Shown piece after piece: positions 1-8,974 of a DNA stretch of 64,000 bases. The stretch is from Terriglobales bacterium (GTDB lineage: Bacteria > Acidobacteriota > Terriglobia > Terriglobales > Acidobacteriaceae): contig DATAPL010000054.1 in NCBI GenBank assembly GCA_036265205.1, forward strand, positions 1,223 through 65,222, read 5' to 3'. Numbering within the stretch: position 1 is the stretch's first letter; every line of letters starts with the position of its first letter. A model generated the notes under the pieces. It had not been told where the DNA came from, did no database searches, and was given only the letters and a program-made list of their open reading frames with translations. Made by a program: the position numbers and the translations under genes.

Positions 1-779
1 AGCACCGAAGTCCCGTAGGAACGCTGGCCGCCGTAAATCGTGTTGGCGACGTTCTGCGTCCAGGACAAGCTCGAAGGATCGAAAATGGCGGAACTGGTCC
101 CCTGGCCGGAATAAAAAACTTTGCCGCTGGGCAGCAGGTGCATACGCGGGTAGAGCGGCGGCGTCCAGCCTGCTGAATCGGGCTGGTTCCAACCCGAACC
201 GACGGTGTAAATCTCCACCGTAGTATTGGTGTTGCCGTTTTCGTCGGTTCCGGAAAAAGTCATGACGCGGCCGTCTCCCAGCGTGGTGACGGTCGGGTAC
301 CAGCGGCCATGGGCCATGCTCTGAACGTTGGTGAAAGTATTGGTCGAGGGATCGAAAATTGCGGATTTAGGCGAACCGTAAAATGGATCGTACTGAATGC
401 TGCCGCCGTTAACCAACACTCTCCCGTCCGGGAGATTCACCATGCCGTTGCAAAACATGTCCCAGGAGAGCGTGAAGGCGGTGAAAGTACCCGCCACCGG
501 ATCATAGATCTCGGCGCCGGAGGCATTCGATGGACCGTAAGGCGGCCCCGAGGGGCATCCGGACTGTGAAGGCGGACAGTTTCCAGAGCCTGCGACGATC
601 AGAATCTTGCCGTTTTTCATCAACGCCGCGTGGATGGGATTGATCGGCGTAGTCTGACTCAACGTGGTCCATTGCCCCTTCACATTCGCCTGTCCCATGG
701 CAGCGGGAACGATGACACCAAGCAGCAACAGGAGGGCAAGCAAAATGCCACGCGGGGGGGAGTAGTTGTCCGGGCTCAT
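1..779 (-). CDS. Copper radical oxidase (glyoxal/galactose oxidase-like), N-terminal 259 codons; 3' end lies beyond the window edge
   Basis: Absent from the ORF track because it runs off the edge. Reverse complement from the ATG at 779-777 reads MSPDNYSPPRGILLALLLLLGVIVPAAMGQ (signal peptide) ...SWDMFCNGMVNLPDGR...AHGRWYPT... It is colinear with the N-terminus of the 51633..54761 protein. My by-eye alignment counted about 27 differences in about 223 aa. A GGAG-type RBS lies at 784-789 (rc). Confidence 0.85.
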   Translation of the reverse strand, partial: MSPDNYSPPRGILLALLLLLGVIVPAAMGQANVKGQWTTLSQTTPINPIHAALMKNGKILIVAGSGNCPPSQSGCPSGPPYGPSNASGAEIYDPVAGTFTAFTLSWDMFCNGMVNLPDGRVLVNGGSIQYDPFYGSPKSAIFDPSTNTFTNVQSMAHGRWYPTVTTLGDGRVMTFSGTDENGNTNTTVEIYTVGSGWNQPDSAGWTPPLYPRMHLLPSGKVFYSGQGTSSAIFDPSSLSWTQNVANTIYGGQRSYGTSV

Positions 780-1039
780 TGACTCCTCAGCCTCTGCTGT
801 GGGTAGCGCAGAGGTAGGGTTAACCAGAATTTGGGGGGAGGGGTGTTACTTTCGGCCAGAGAAGCGGCATTCCAGAAGGAACACGCACTCGTGTAACCAA
901 AGTAACTTTATGCTTTTTGGTTAAATTCTGTCAAGCGGTCCGGATAGGAAAATGCTGCACTTACGGTTGGGGAGCGGGCCTTGCGGGGGTGAGAAAGGCG
1001 GACAGGTGGTGCGACCTTAACTTGCTGAAACCACGTAAC

Positions 1040-1927
1040 CTAGGTGAATTTTTGCAAGGACGCCGCAGTTAACTCTCCGGCCAGATGTCGGCGCCGCGAA
1101 ACCATGCTGCGGAGCAACGATCCGCCCAAAGAAATCTTCTCCCAGGCGCTCAGGCTCGACCGCATGATGGTCATCCAATGATCGCGGCTGCGGCTCCAGA
1201 AAGGCATCGAGGTTCCGCCGCTTCCGGTCCAGAATCGCACCCTCCAGCTGGCATCGCTGGTGTTCTGGCTGGAAGCCGCGGGATGCAGCCGCCGCAGCAG
1301 CAAAGGTTCAGGCACTTCAAAAAATTTGCCTGCTACCGCCAGCTCTCCCAACAAAGCATAATCGGCTCCCGGATAGCTGGGCAGCAGCGAGGTTCTGGCC
1401 AGGACCTGCTTGCGAATGAGGCCAAAGATGGCGTTCACCCAATGTTCGGCAAAGATCACGTAACGGAGCCGCTCCGGGGCTGCGTCGGAGCGCAAATCAA
1501 AACCCGGATCGGTGTTGCTGAGCGGCCCGCCATTCTCGTCGATGAATCGCGTCTTCCCGTACGCCAGCACCACGCCTGGGTCCCGCTCCAGCACCTCGAG
1601 ACATCGGGCGAGGTACTCAGGTTCATGAATATCGTCGGCGGCGGCCCACTTGAAATAATCTCCCTCAGCCCGCGCGAACAGAGAGTTGTAGTTGTTGGCC
1701 AGGCCGACGTCCTGAGGACTGCGATAGTACCGGACTCTCGGATCCCTGGCGGCGTACTCGCGGCAGATTGCCTCGGTGTTGTCGGTCGATGCGTTGTCCG
1801 AAATGATCAGCTCAAAGCCGGTATAGGTTTGCCCTAACAGCGAGTCCAGAGTTTCGACAAGAAAGCGCTCCCCGTTCCTGACCGGAACGCCCACGCTCAC
1901 CCGAGGCTTGCCTGATTTCACGGACAT
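1040..1927 (-). CDS. Glycosyltransferase family 2
   Basis: Frame of track ORF 1040..2077. The ATG at 1927 (MSVKSGKPRVSVGVPVRNGERFL...) avoids overlap with the upstream gene ending at 1950. GT-A signatures: VGVPVRNGERFLVETLDSLLGQTY, ISDNASTDNT, AAADD. Confidence 0.85.
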   Translation of the reverse strand: MSVKSGKPRVSVGVPVRNGERFLVETLDSLLGQTYTGFELIISDNASTDNTEAICREYAARDPRVRYYRSPQDVGLANNYNSLFARAEGDYFKWAAADDIHEPEYLARCLEVLERDPGVVLAYGKTRFIDENGGPLSNTDPGFDLRSDAAPERLRYVIFAEHWVNAIFGLIRKQVLARTSLLPSYPGADYALLGELAVAGKFFEVPEPLLLRRLHPAASSQNTSDASWRVRFWTGSGGTSMPFWSRSRDHWMTIMRSSLSAWEKISLGGSLLRSMVSRRRHLAGELTAASLQKFT

Positions 1928-1949
1928 CGATTCACCACAGATAGCGAAA

Positions 1950-2663
1950 CTACCGTCTCTTGCCCGCCCGCCGGGGATAAGTTTTACCTTTGGCCAGGTC
2001 GTCCTGCATGGGCAAAATAAGTTTGCGGCAGTAGAACGCCTCGGCAAACTTGTCGGGGGCGCTGCATTCCACTCCACGCAATCTCAGAATCGCCTGGAAA
2101 GTGTCCTCGGTCAGCCATGCCTTGTTGCTCTGCGTCTGAAAGACATCGCAGATGTGCTTGATCTTGCGCTCGCAGACTTCCCTGTTTAGCGGAATAAAGC
2201 AGTTTGGAGAACCCAGGTCGCCGTCGTATTTAGGAATCTCGTATTCCAGAATCAGGTGCCGCCGCCAGGTATTCCAGGTCAAATCGCTGATGGTGCGATG
2301 GTCCTGGTGGCGGTCATCGCGGTAGTGGGTGAAAATCAGATCGGGATTGACCTCCCGCTTCATGGCCTCGAAGAATTCCTTGATCCTTTCCCCCTGGTAG
2401 GGGAAGAAGCCGTCACGGAAATTCTTGACCACTACCCGGCTGCGCAGGGCCTGTTTTAAAAACAGATCGGCGCTGGTGCGCGCTTCCTTCTCCCGCTCCC
2501 GTCCGGAGCTGAAGACCGTCCACTGAACTTCCACATTCGAGTAGTGAGACAGCAGCTGCAGGATAGTGCCACCGCAGCCGATCTCGATATCATCGGAGTG
2601 CGCTCCCAGACATAACACCGTGAGCGGCGCCGCCCTATCCTCGCCCAGGCTTAGCGGCAGCAT
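1950..2663 (-). CDS. PIG-L/LmbE family N-acetylglucosaminyl deacetylase
   Basis: LCLGAHSDDIEIGCGGT and HQDH motifs are typical of the PIG-L zinc deacetylase fold. 237 aa. Confidence 0.85.
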   Translation of the reverse strand: MLPLSLGEDRAAPLTVLCLGAHSDDIEIGCGGTILQLLSHYSNVEVQWTVFSSGREREKEARTSADLFLKQALRSRVVVKNFRDGFFPYQGERIKEFFEAMKREVNPDLIFTHYRDDRHQDHRTISDLTWNTWRRHLILEYEIPKYDGDLGSPNCFIPLNREVCERKIKHICDVFQTQSNKAWLTEDTFQAILRLRGVECSAPDKFAEAFYCRKLILPMQDDLAKGKTYPRRAGKRR

Positions 2664-2690
2664 GCAACTCCACCCCTCCCCACCGCTTGC

Positions 2691-3479
2691 CTAACCTCTG
2701 CCATTGCTCTTCCAGACCTCCCAGGGAGCTCTGCCGGTGGCATACATGCCTTCCAGTTGCTGCTTGTCTTTAAACGTGTCCATGCTGGCCCAGAAACCGT
2801 CGTAGGTGTAGGCCATCAGCTGCTTCTCCTGCAGCAGGCGCTGGAAGGGCTCGCTCACCAGTTCTTCCTTGTCGCGCATGTACTTGAAAATTTCTTTCTT
2901 GAAGATGAAATAGCCGCCGTTGATGCGTATGTCGCCGTTATCGATGGAATGAATGCCCTCCACCAGGCTGCCGCCCGGCTGCATCGAAACCAGGTGGTAG
3001 CTGAGACTGGGACGCACGCACAGGAAGCTGGCTATTTTGTCATGCTGGTGAAAATGCTCCAGATGCTTGGGAAGCGGCAGATCGGTCAGGCCATCGCTGT
3101 AGTTGGCCAGAAATTCCTTCTCCCCCTCCAGATGCTTCTCCACCGCTTTCAGTCTCTGCCCGATGTTGGAATTGACTCCGGTATCGGCAAACGTAATACG
3201 CCAGTCGTGGATGTCGCTGTTCAGCAGTTCGAGATTCTTGCCTCCGCTGGTCAGGATGAAATCGTTGGAGGCGCACTCGTTGTAATTGAGAAAGTAATTC
3301 TTGATGGCATCGGCGCGGTGTCCCAGGCAAAGGATGAAGTCCTTGTGCCCGAAGTGAGCGTAGTACTTCATTACATGCCAGAGGATTGGCCGGTATCCCA
3401 AATGCACCATGGGCTTGGGCAGATCTTCGGCGTCGCGAATTCGCATGCCCAGCCCACCGCAAAATAGAACGACTTTCAT
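2691..3479 (-). CDS. rfbF: Glucose-1-phosphate cytidylyltransferase
   Basis: MKVVLFCGGLGMRIRD...LPKPMVHLGYRPILWHVMKYYAHFGHKDFILCLG matches the RfbF/DdhA N-terminus. The 262-aa length is typical. Confidence 0.9.
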   Translation of the reverse strand: MKVVLFCGGLGMRIRDAEDLPKPMVHLGYRPILWHVMKYYAHFGHKDFILCLGHRADAIKNYFLNYNECASNDFILTSGGKNLELLNSDIHDWRITFADTGVNSNIGQRLKAVEKHLEGEKEFLANYSDGLTDLPLPKHLEHFHQHDKIASFLCVRPSLSYHLVSMQPGGSLVEGIHSIDNGDIRINGGYFIFKKEIFKYMRDKEELVSEPFQRLLQEKQLMAYTYDGFWASMDTFKDKQQLEGMYATGRAPWEVWKSNGRG

Positions 3480-3511
3480 GACTGCTTCATGCCTCCGCTG
3501 GCTCCAGCCAG

Positions 3512-4582
3512 TTAGCGTGTAACCGTTTTGCCCGCCGCCGCGAGTTCGCTGTCAGCCGGTTTGTTCCAGCGCAAGTCTTTGAGCCGGCCTTCGCTCATCA
3601 GCTTCTGAATGGTCTTGATGCGCTGGTAACGCGTGCCGGAAAAATCTTCGCGCGTCATGCCATATTTCTTCATGGCCGCGTAGAGTTCTTCCATTCCCTT
3701 GCGTACCGTCCACTGCGGCTGGAAGGCGGGAAGAGTCTTCGCGATCTTGTCACAATTCACCCGATAGCAGCGGGGGTCGGGCCCTCCGCCCACGGCGTAG
3801 CTGACTTTGCTTCCGGGCACGACTTCCGTAACCATTTTTGCCAGGTCGCGAACCTGGTAGTTCTCCTGGGTACGGCCCACGTTGAAAGCCTGGTTGTGCA
3901 CCAGGTTCCGCGGCGCTTCCAGAATCGCCAGAAAAGCACGGCTGATGTCCTCGATATGCACCAGCGGCCGCCAGGGCGTGCCGTCGCTTTGCACCGAAAC
4001 TTCGCCGCTCGTGAAGGCAGCGGCCACCAGATTGTTGACCACCACGTCGCCTCGCAGCCGGGGAGAAAATCCATAGGCGGTGGCGTTGCGTAGAAAAGTC
4101 GGACTGAATTTGTCGTCTGCCAGCTTGGAAACTTCCTGCTCAACTCTTACTTTGGATTCCCCATAAGGCGTGATGGGGTTGAAGGCAGCCGTTTCTGTCA
4201 GCATGTCTTCCGTCCCGGCCAGGCCGTACAGACTGCACGAGGAAGCGAACAGATAACGCGGCACGCCCACCTGCTTGGCTGCCTTGGCGATGCGGACCGA
4301 CGCCAGGTGATTGATCTGCTCCGTGCCCCCGGGATTGAGATTGCCCAGAGGGTCGTTGCACAGCGCCGCCAAATGTATGATCGCGTCGAAGCCCGCGACA
4401 TGCTCAGGGCGGACGTCGCGAATATCGACCCGGAGAGCCGGAATATCGGGCGGCGGCGGACCAAAAGTGCAGGGATCGAACAAATAAGTATCCATGCCCG
4501 TGACTTCATGGCCTCCGGCGCTTATTACGCCTGTCAGAACCGAACCGATATAACCGTTATGCCCCGTGATCAAAACCTTCAT
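3512..4582 (-). CDS. NAD-dependent sugar epimerase/dehydratase (extended SDR)
   Basis: Rossmann motif ITGHNGYIGS and catalytic YGESK (YxxxK). 356 aa. Confidence 0.8.
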   Translation of the reverse strand: MKVLITGHNGYIGSVLTGVISAGGHEVTGMDTYLFDPCTFGPPPPDIPALRVDIRDVRPEHVAGFDAIIHLAALCNDPLGNLNPGGTEQINHLASVRIAKAAKQVGVPRYLFASSCSLYGLAGTEDMLTETAAFNPITPYGESKVRVEQEVSKLADDKFSPTFLRNATAYGFSPRLRGDVVVNNLVAAAFTSGEVSVQSDGTPWRPLVHIEDISRAFLAILEAPRNLVHNQAFNVGRTQENYQVRDLAKMVTEVVPGSKVSYAVGGGPDPRCYRVNCDKIAKTLPAFQPQWTVRKGMEELYAAMKKYGMTREDFSGTRYQRIKTIQKLMSEGRLKDLRWNKPADSELAAAGKTVTR

Positions 4583-4638
4583 CTCATTCTCCCAAAGTAT
4601 TCGAAATAATTGCTTTCCTGCCGGACTCTATCTGGTGC

Positions 4639-5574
4639 TCACCTGATTTGTGCAACCCCTGAGTGGTGCTGCTGGTACCAACTCACGGTTGCCGCCAAAC
4701 CCTCGCGCAATGAAGTGCGCGGAAACCAGTTCAGTCTTTCCCGTAAAAAAACTGTGTCGGCGGCGCGTTCCTGTTCCATGGGCCGGTCCGGCAAAGCTCC
4801 GAATTCCGGCTCGACCCGGCTTTCGGTTAGCTGAACGATGTGGCCGACCACGTCCCGGACAGAGGATAGCAAGCCCGAACCCAGGTCAAAAGTACACCCT
4901 TCGATTCCAGAGACGGCGGCCGCCCGCATGAGGCCTTCGACCACGTCGTCCACATAAACCCAGTCTGCCCGGCGGCGGCCGCTGCTTAACTTCGGCGCCT
5001 CACCCGCCAGCAGCTTCAGGGTAACGAACGGCACCAGTTTTTGCAGATCCTTCTGGTCAGGACCGTAAGTCATGAAGATGCGCGGGATGACCACCGGCGT
5101 GTCATATAACTCGTGGAACATGCGGGCGTAAGCGCCGCTCGCCCACTTGGCCACGGCATACGGTGAGCACGGTACCGTGCCATCCAACCCTTGCGGCTCT
5201 TCCGAGGAATTGGCCAGCACCATCCGCCGGCACCCGGTCTCGGCTGCCGTGGTCAACAAGTACACCGTGCTGGCCAGATTGTCGTGAAAAGTCGGCAGAA
5301 CTTTGGCTAAATCGCGGGCGCCGGCAACGTGGCTGGCCAGATGAAAAACGAAATCCGGACGAGTGTTATGAAAAAGCTCGCGGACGGCGGCCTGGTCATT
5401 CATGTCCGCCTGCCAGCAGCGCAGGTTCTCGCGTTCGGAACTCTGCCGCTGCCGCGAGACCGCATGCACCGTGACTCCGGATTCCAGCAGCCGCCGGGCA
5501 AGGTGTGAACCGATGAAGCCGCTCGCTCCGGTCAGCAGCGCCGTTGATCCCGACAGTTGTTCTGCTTGATTCAA
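4639..5574 (-). CDS. NAD-dependent sugar epimerase/dehydratase/reductase (extended SDR)
   Basis: LTGASGFIGSHL Rossmann motif and YAVAK catalytic motif. The only in-frame start ahead of the Rossmann motif is the TTG at 5574, which overlaps the upstream stop (TTGA). Confidence 0.8.
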   Translation of the reverse strand: MNQAEQLSGSTALLTGASGFIGSHLARRLLESGVTVHAVSRQRQSSERENLRCWQADMNDQAAVRELFHNTRPDFVFHLASHVAGARDLAKVLPTFHDNLASTVYLLTTAAETGCRRMVLANSSEEPQGLDGTVPCSPYAVAKWASGAYARMFHELYDTPVVIPRIFMTYGPDQKDLQKLVPFVTLKLLAGEAPKLSSGRRRADWVYVDDVVEGLMRAAAVSGIEGCTFDLGSGLLSSVRDVVGHIVQLTESRVEPEFGALPDRPMEQERAADTVFLRERLNWFPRTSLREGLAATVSWYQQHHSGVAQIR

Positions 5575-6929
5575 CGCTGCACTCCCTCGCTGTCGCCGGG
5601 GTGGGCTTCCTGAAGAAGATCGTGCTTGCGCAGCATGTCTGCCGCGTCCTTGATGATGTCGAAAGCCAGCTTGGAGCGCTCCGCGATGTCAAGCAGGCTA
5701 TGCGTGCCGTCGGCCTGGTTGAGCACCCACAGCATGGCGGTTTCCTGCAGTTTCTCATCGCGATGGCCGCCCATGGCGCGGTAGAGCCCGCGCCGTCCCA
5801 GTTGCGGCTCGCAGTGCGGATTGCGGTTGAGATAAACCCGGTCGTTATCCACAATGTAAAGCGCCGCCAGGCACTTGGACAAAGAGTCGGCCAGGCTGGC
5901 CGGGTGCATCAGCTCCAGATTGTCGGCGGAGCTGTGATACTGGGGGAATTTTCCGTGCGGCGTCCGCATAAAACAACCCACCGGCAGGTTGAATCCGGGC
6001 GAGCAGTATTGCCGTTCGTCATAACCGTACGGGGAAAATTCGTGGATGTCATAAGCGTGGCCGGAATGTTTCAGCACCTGGCCCATGGCCCGGTCGATCA
6101 CCGCGTCGCCGCGCCGGCTCTTCTTATAGTTCACGTGGCCGCGGTCGCCGACGCAGGTAAGCACCAGGCCGTGGCGAATGTTCTGCGCCCGATCCTGGTT
6201 CAGGCTGAGCCAGGTGATCGATCCGATGGTTCCCGGAATAAACAGGAACCGGTAGGAGTAATGAAGCGGCACCTGCGCCAGCGACTTGGCCAGAAAAGTG
6301 GCCACCCCGACTCCGGAAAGATTGTCATTGCAGAGTGAAGGATGGCAGGCGTGGCAGGAAATCAGAACTTCTTCTTCCGACTCGCCCTTCAGCAGGCACT
6401 CGCCGTAGGTCAAGTGCCCATCCTGCAGCGTGGAATCAATACAGACTTCGTATTCATCCTCGGGCATCTGCTCCAGCTGTCGTTGCGGCAGGCAGAATCC
6501 CCAGGCTTCCTTGTAGTAAGACGTGCGGTAGGGAATCAAGTCCGGCTGCTCCGGCAGGGTGTGCAGGTGAGGCCGTAGCTGGGCCAGCGACATCCTGGCC
6601 TGCACCGGAATGCTGTAGTTCACTACGTGCAGGTTGTGGCGGCGAAAATCGATGACTCGTTCGCCTTTGGAATTTTTCACATAAGCATCGCGGATGTTCC
6701 ATTCCCGCGGCACCGTCCAGTCAAAGACCTTAGTGCCGCTGGGGACTTCGCGCACTTCCAGCGGAATCTCTTTCTTCAGCCGGGCCAGGGTCTGGCGGAA
6801 ACCGTCGCCGGTGATGCTGCGGCAAATCGGGTAAAGCTCCCGCATCAGAGCGTAAATATCGCGGCCGGCGGCCAGCGGGTCGAACCCGGCTCGAAGCTCG
6901 GCAAAATCCGTGGTCTGGGTCGGTGTCAT
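5571..6929 (-). CDS. Aminopeptidase-like domain protein (DUF4910/COG4310-type), function unknown, typical of sugar-modification cassettes
   Basis: 452 aa. The N-terminal pattern ...YPICRSITGDGFRQTL...FDWTVPREWNI... matches my recollection of the M28-like polysaccharide-locus family. The gene is embedded in the CDP-sugar operon. Confidence 0.65.
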   Translation of the reverse strand: MTPTQTTDFAELRAGFDPLAAGRDIYALMRELYPICRSITGDGFRQTLARLKKEIPLEVREVPSGTKVFDWTVPREWNIRDAYVKNSKGERVIDFRRHNLHVVNYSIPVQARMSLAQLRPHLHTLPEQPDLIPYRTSYYKEAWGFCLPQRQLEQMPEDEYEVCIDSTLQDGHLTYGECLLKGESEEEVLISCHACHPSLCNDNLSGVGVATFLAKSLAQVPLHYSYRFLFIPGTIGSITWLSLNQDRAQNIRHGLVLTCVGDRGHVNYKKSRRGDAVIDRAMGQVLKHSGHAYDIHEFSPYGYDERQYCSPGFNLPVGCFMRTPHGKFPQYHSSADNLELMHPASLADSLSKCLAALYIVDNDRVYLNRNPHCEPQLGRRGLYRAMGGHRDEKLQETAMLWVLNQADGTHSLLDIAERSKLAFDIIKDAADMLRKHDLLQEAHPGDSEGVQR

Positions 6930-6941
6930 GAAAGGCTCAGC

Positions 6942-7472
6942 CTAGCCGGCAAAGTCAGGATAGTTCCGGTCGCGATCCGCCATGGTGGGGTTTTCGATCA
7001 TCCACTTTATGCCAAAGGCCGGATCGTTGTAACGCGCCCCGCGGGCATGTTGCGGTGAATAGAACTCCGACATCTGGTAGAAGATCTCGGTGTTGTCTTC
7101 GAGCGTCTGAAAACCGTGCGCAAAACCCTCGGGAACGTACAACATTTTATAGTTGGCGGCGCTGAGCACCTCTCCCACGTGCTGCTTGTAGGTGGGAGAA
7201 CCGGGCCGCAGGTCGACGATGACGTCGTAAAGCGAACCTCCGGTACAGCGCACCAACTTGGCCTCGGCATACGGCGAGGCCTGGTAGTGCATGCCGCGCA
7301 GCGTGCCTTTCGTCCGGTTGAACGAAATGTTGCACTGCACCAGCCGCGGATTCAGGTTGTGGGCTTCAGCTTCTTTCTGGCACCAGGAGCGGGCAAAAAA
7401 GCCCCGCTCGTCTTCACGTTTTTCCAGTTCGACGACGAAAGCTCCCTTCAGCCTGGTCTCAGTGAAGATCAC
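6942..7472 (-). CDS. dTDP-4-dehydrorhamnose 3,5-epimerase-like (RmlC/RfbC cupin) NDP-sugar epimerase
   Basis: DERGFFARSW...GTLRGMHYQ...KLVRCTGGSLYDVIVDLR...YVPEGFAHGF are RmlC hallmarks. The likely GTG start at 7472 overlaps the upstream TAG (TAGTG) and follows GGAGGTGGAGG. The track ORF extends to 7520. Confidence 0.85.
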   Translation of the reverse strand: MIFTETRLKGAFVVELEKREDERGFFARSWCQKEAEAHNLNPRLVQCNISFNRTKGTLRGMHYQASPYAEAKLVRCTGGSLYDVIVDLRPGSPTYKQHVGEVLSAANYKMLYVPEGFAHGFQTLEDNTEIFYQMSEFYSPQHARGARYNDPAFGIKWMIENPTMADRDRNYPDFAG

Positions 7473-8755
7473 TAGAAGACCTCCACCTCCGGAATCGGAA
7501 CCACGAATTTGCCGCCCCACTCGCGGATGTAAGCGAGCTGCTCCCGGATTTCATTCTTCAGATTCCAGGGCAGGATGAACACGTAGTCCGGCTTGGTCTG
7601 GCGAATCTTGTCGGGAGGAAAAATCGGAATGTGCGTGCCCGGCAGAAATTTTCCATGCTTGTAAGGATTGCGGTCCACCGTGTAATCCAGGAAATCGGTG
7701 CGGATGGCGCAATAATTCAGCAGGGTGTTGCCCTTGCCGGGCGCGCCGTATCCGGCAATCGACTTGCCCGCGCGCTTGGCCTCGATCAGGAAGCTCATGA
7801 TCTTGCGCTTGGTCTCTTTGACCTTTTCGTCAAACGAGAAATAGGTTTCGAGGCGGGTGAACCCGGCTTTTTCCTCGCGTTCAGCCAGCTCCCGGGCGCG
7901 GTCGGTCACGGGATGCGACTTGTCGTCGGCGTGGCGGGCATACACTCGCAACGAGCCCCCGTGCGTGGAAAGTTCCTCGACGTCAAAAACCGTCAGGCCG
8001 AACTTGGCCATGATCTTCATGGTGGCGAGGAAAGAAAAATAGGAAAAGTGTTCGTGGTAGATGGTGTCGAACTGGTTGCCTTCCATCAGCCGCATCAGGT
8101 GAGGAAACTCCAGAGTGATCACGCCCTGCGGCTTGAGCAGGGTCTTCATGCCTGCGACGAAGCTGCAGACATCCGGCACCTGCGCTAACACGTTATTGCC
8201 CAGGATCAGGTCAGCCTGGGTGCCGTCATTCACCATTTCCGCCGCCAGCTCGCGGCCGAAAAACTTGACCAGGGTGGGAATTCCCTTCTTGGTGGCTTCC
8301 TTAGCCACGTTTACAGCCGGCTCGATGCCCAGCACCGGGACGCCTTTCTCCACAAAGTACTGCAGCAGATAGCCGTCGTTGCTGGCCAACTCAACCACCA
8401 GGCTGTCGTGGTCGAGCTGGAAGCGCTTGACCATCAGGTCGGTGTAGGCCTTGGAATGCGCCAGCCAGCTGTCGGAAAAGGAAGAGAAATAGGCGTACTC
8501 GGTGAAGATATTTTCCGGGGTTACGTACTCCTCCAGCTGCACCAGAAAGCACTTCTCGCACACCAGCACATGCAATGGATAAAACGGCTCCATCTGGTTG
8601 AGCTGATCCGCCGACAGGTTGCTCTCGCAGGGCGGAGACATTCCCAGATCGGTGAAAGTGTGGTGCAACGCCGCTCCGCAGAATCTGCAGGGAGCATGCT
8701 TCACGGCATTTTCGGTTTTTGGCATCGCTCGGTCGAGAGTCAGATTGTCAGTCAT
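7472..8755 (-). CDS. NDP-hexose C-methyltransferase-type SAM-dependent methyltransferase
   Basis: N-terminal Cys4 zinc ribbon (CRFCG...CEKC), class I SAM fold (VVELASNDGYLL) and a long C-terminal domain, as in TylCIII-type sugar C-methyltransferases. 427 aa. Confidence 0.75.
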   Translation of the reverse strand: MTDNLTLDRAMPKTENAVKHAPCRFCGAALHHTFTDLGMSPPCESNLSADQLNQMEPFYPLHVLVCEKCFLVQLEEYVTPENIFTEYAYFSSFSDSWLAHSKAYTDLMVKRFQLDHDSLVVELASNDGYLLQYFVEKGVPVLGIEPAVNVAKEATKKGIPTLVKFFGRELAAEMVNDGTQADLILGNNVLAQVPDVCSFVAGMKTLLKPQGVITLEFPHLMRLMEGNQFDTIYHEHFSYFSFLATMKIMAKFGLTVFDVEELSTHGGSLRVYARHADDKSHPVTDRARELAEREEKAGFTRLETYFSFDEKVKETKRKIMSFLIEAKRAGKSIAGYGAPGKGNTLLNYCAIRTDFLDYTVDRNPYKHGKFLPGTHIPIFPPDKIRQTKPDYVFILPWNLKNEIREQLAYIREWGGKFVVPIPEVEVF

Positions 8756-8974
8756 GATTGTAAAAGCTTTACGCTTCCCTAACGTTAGATTTGAATATCC
8801 ACTTCACGGAGAACAGGTTGGCCCGGAGAACCGCCACTCAAGGGGAAGCGTTTCGCAGGCTTTGATCGTACGTTATCGAATACCCTCGAATAAGAACATC
8901 TTATTCGACTTGCCGGCCATGCCCGAAGTCACCTAAGTACAGGGCAATAAGGCACTTTCTCTTCATTGCAGTCG

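Noticed and set aside
309-569. 86-aa plus-strand ORF
   Set aside because: It lies antisense inside the clearly coding partial oxidase gene (1..779, minus strand) and has no recognisable motif.
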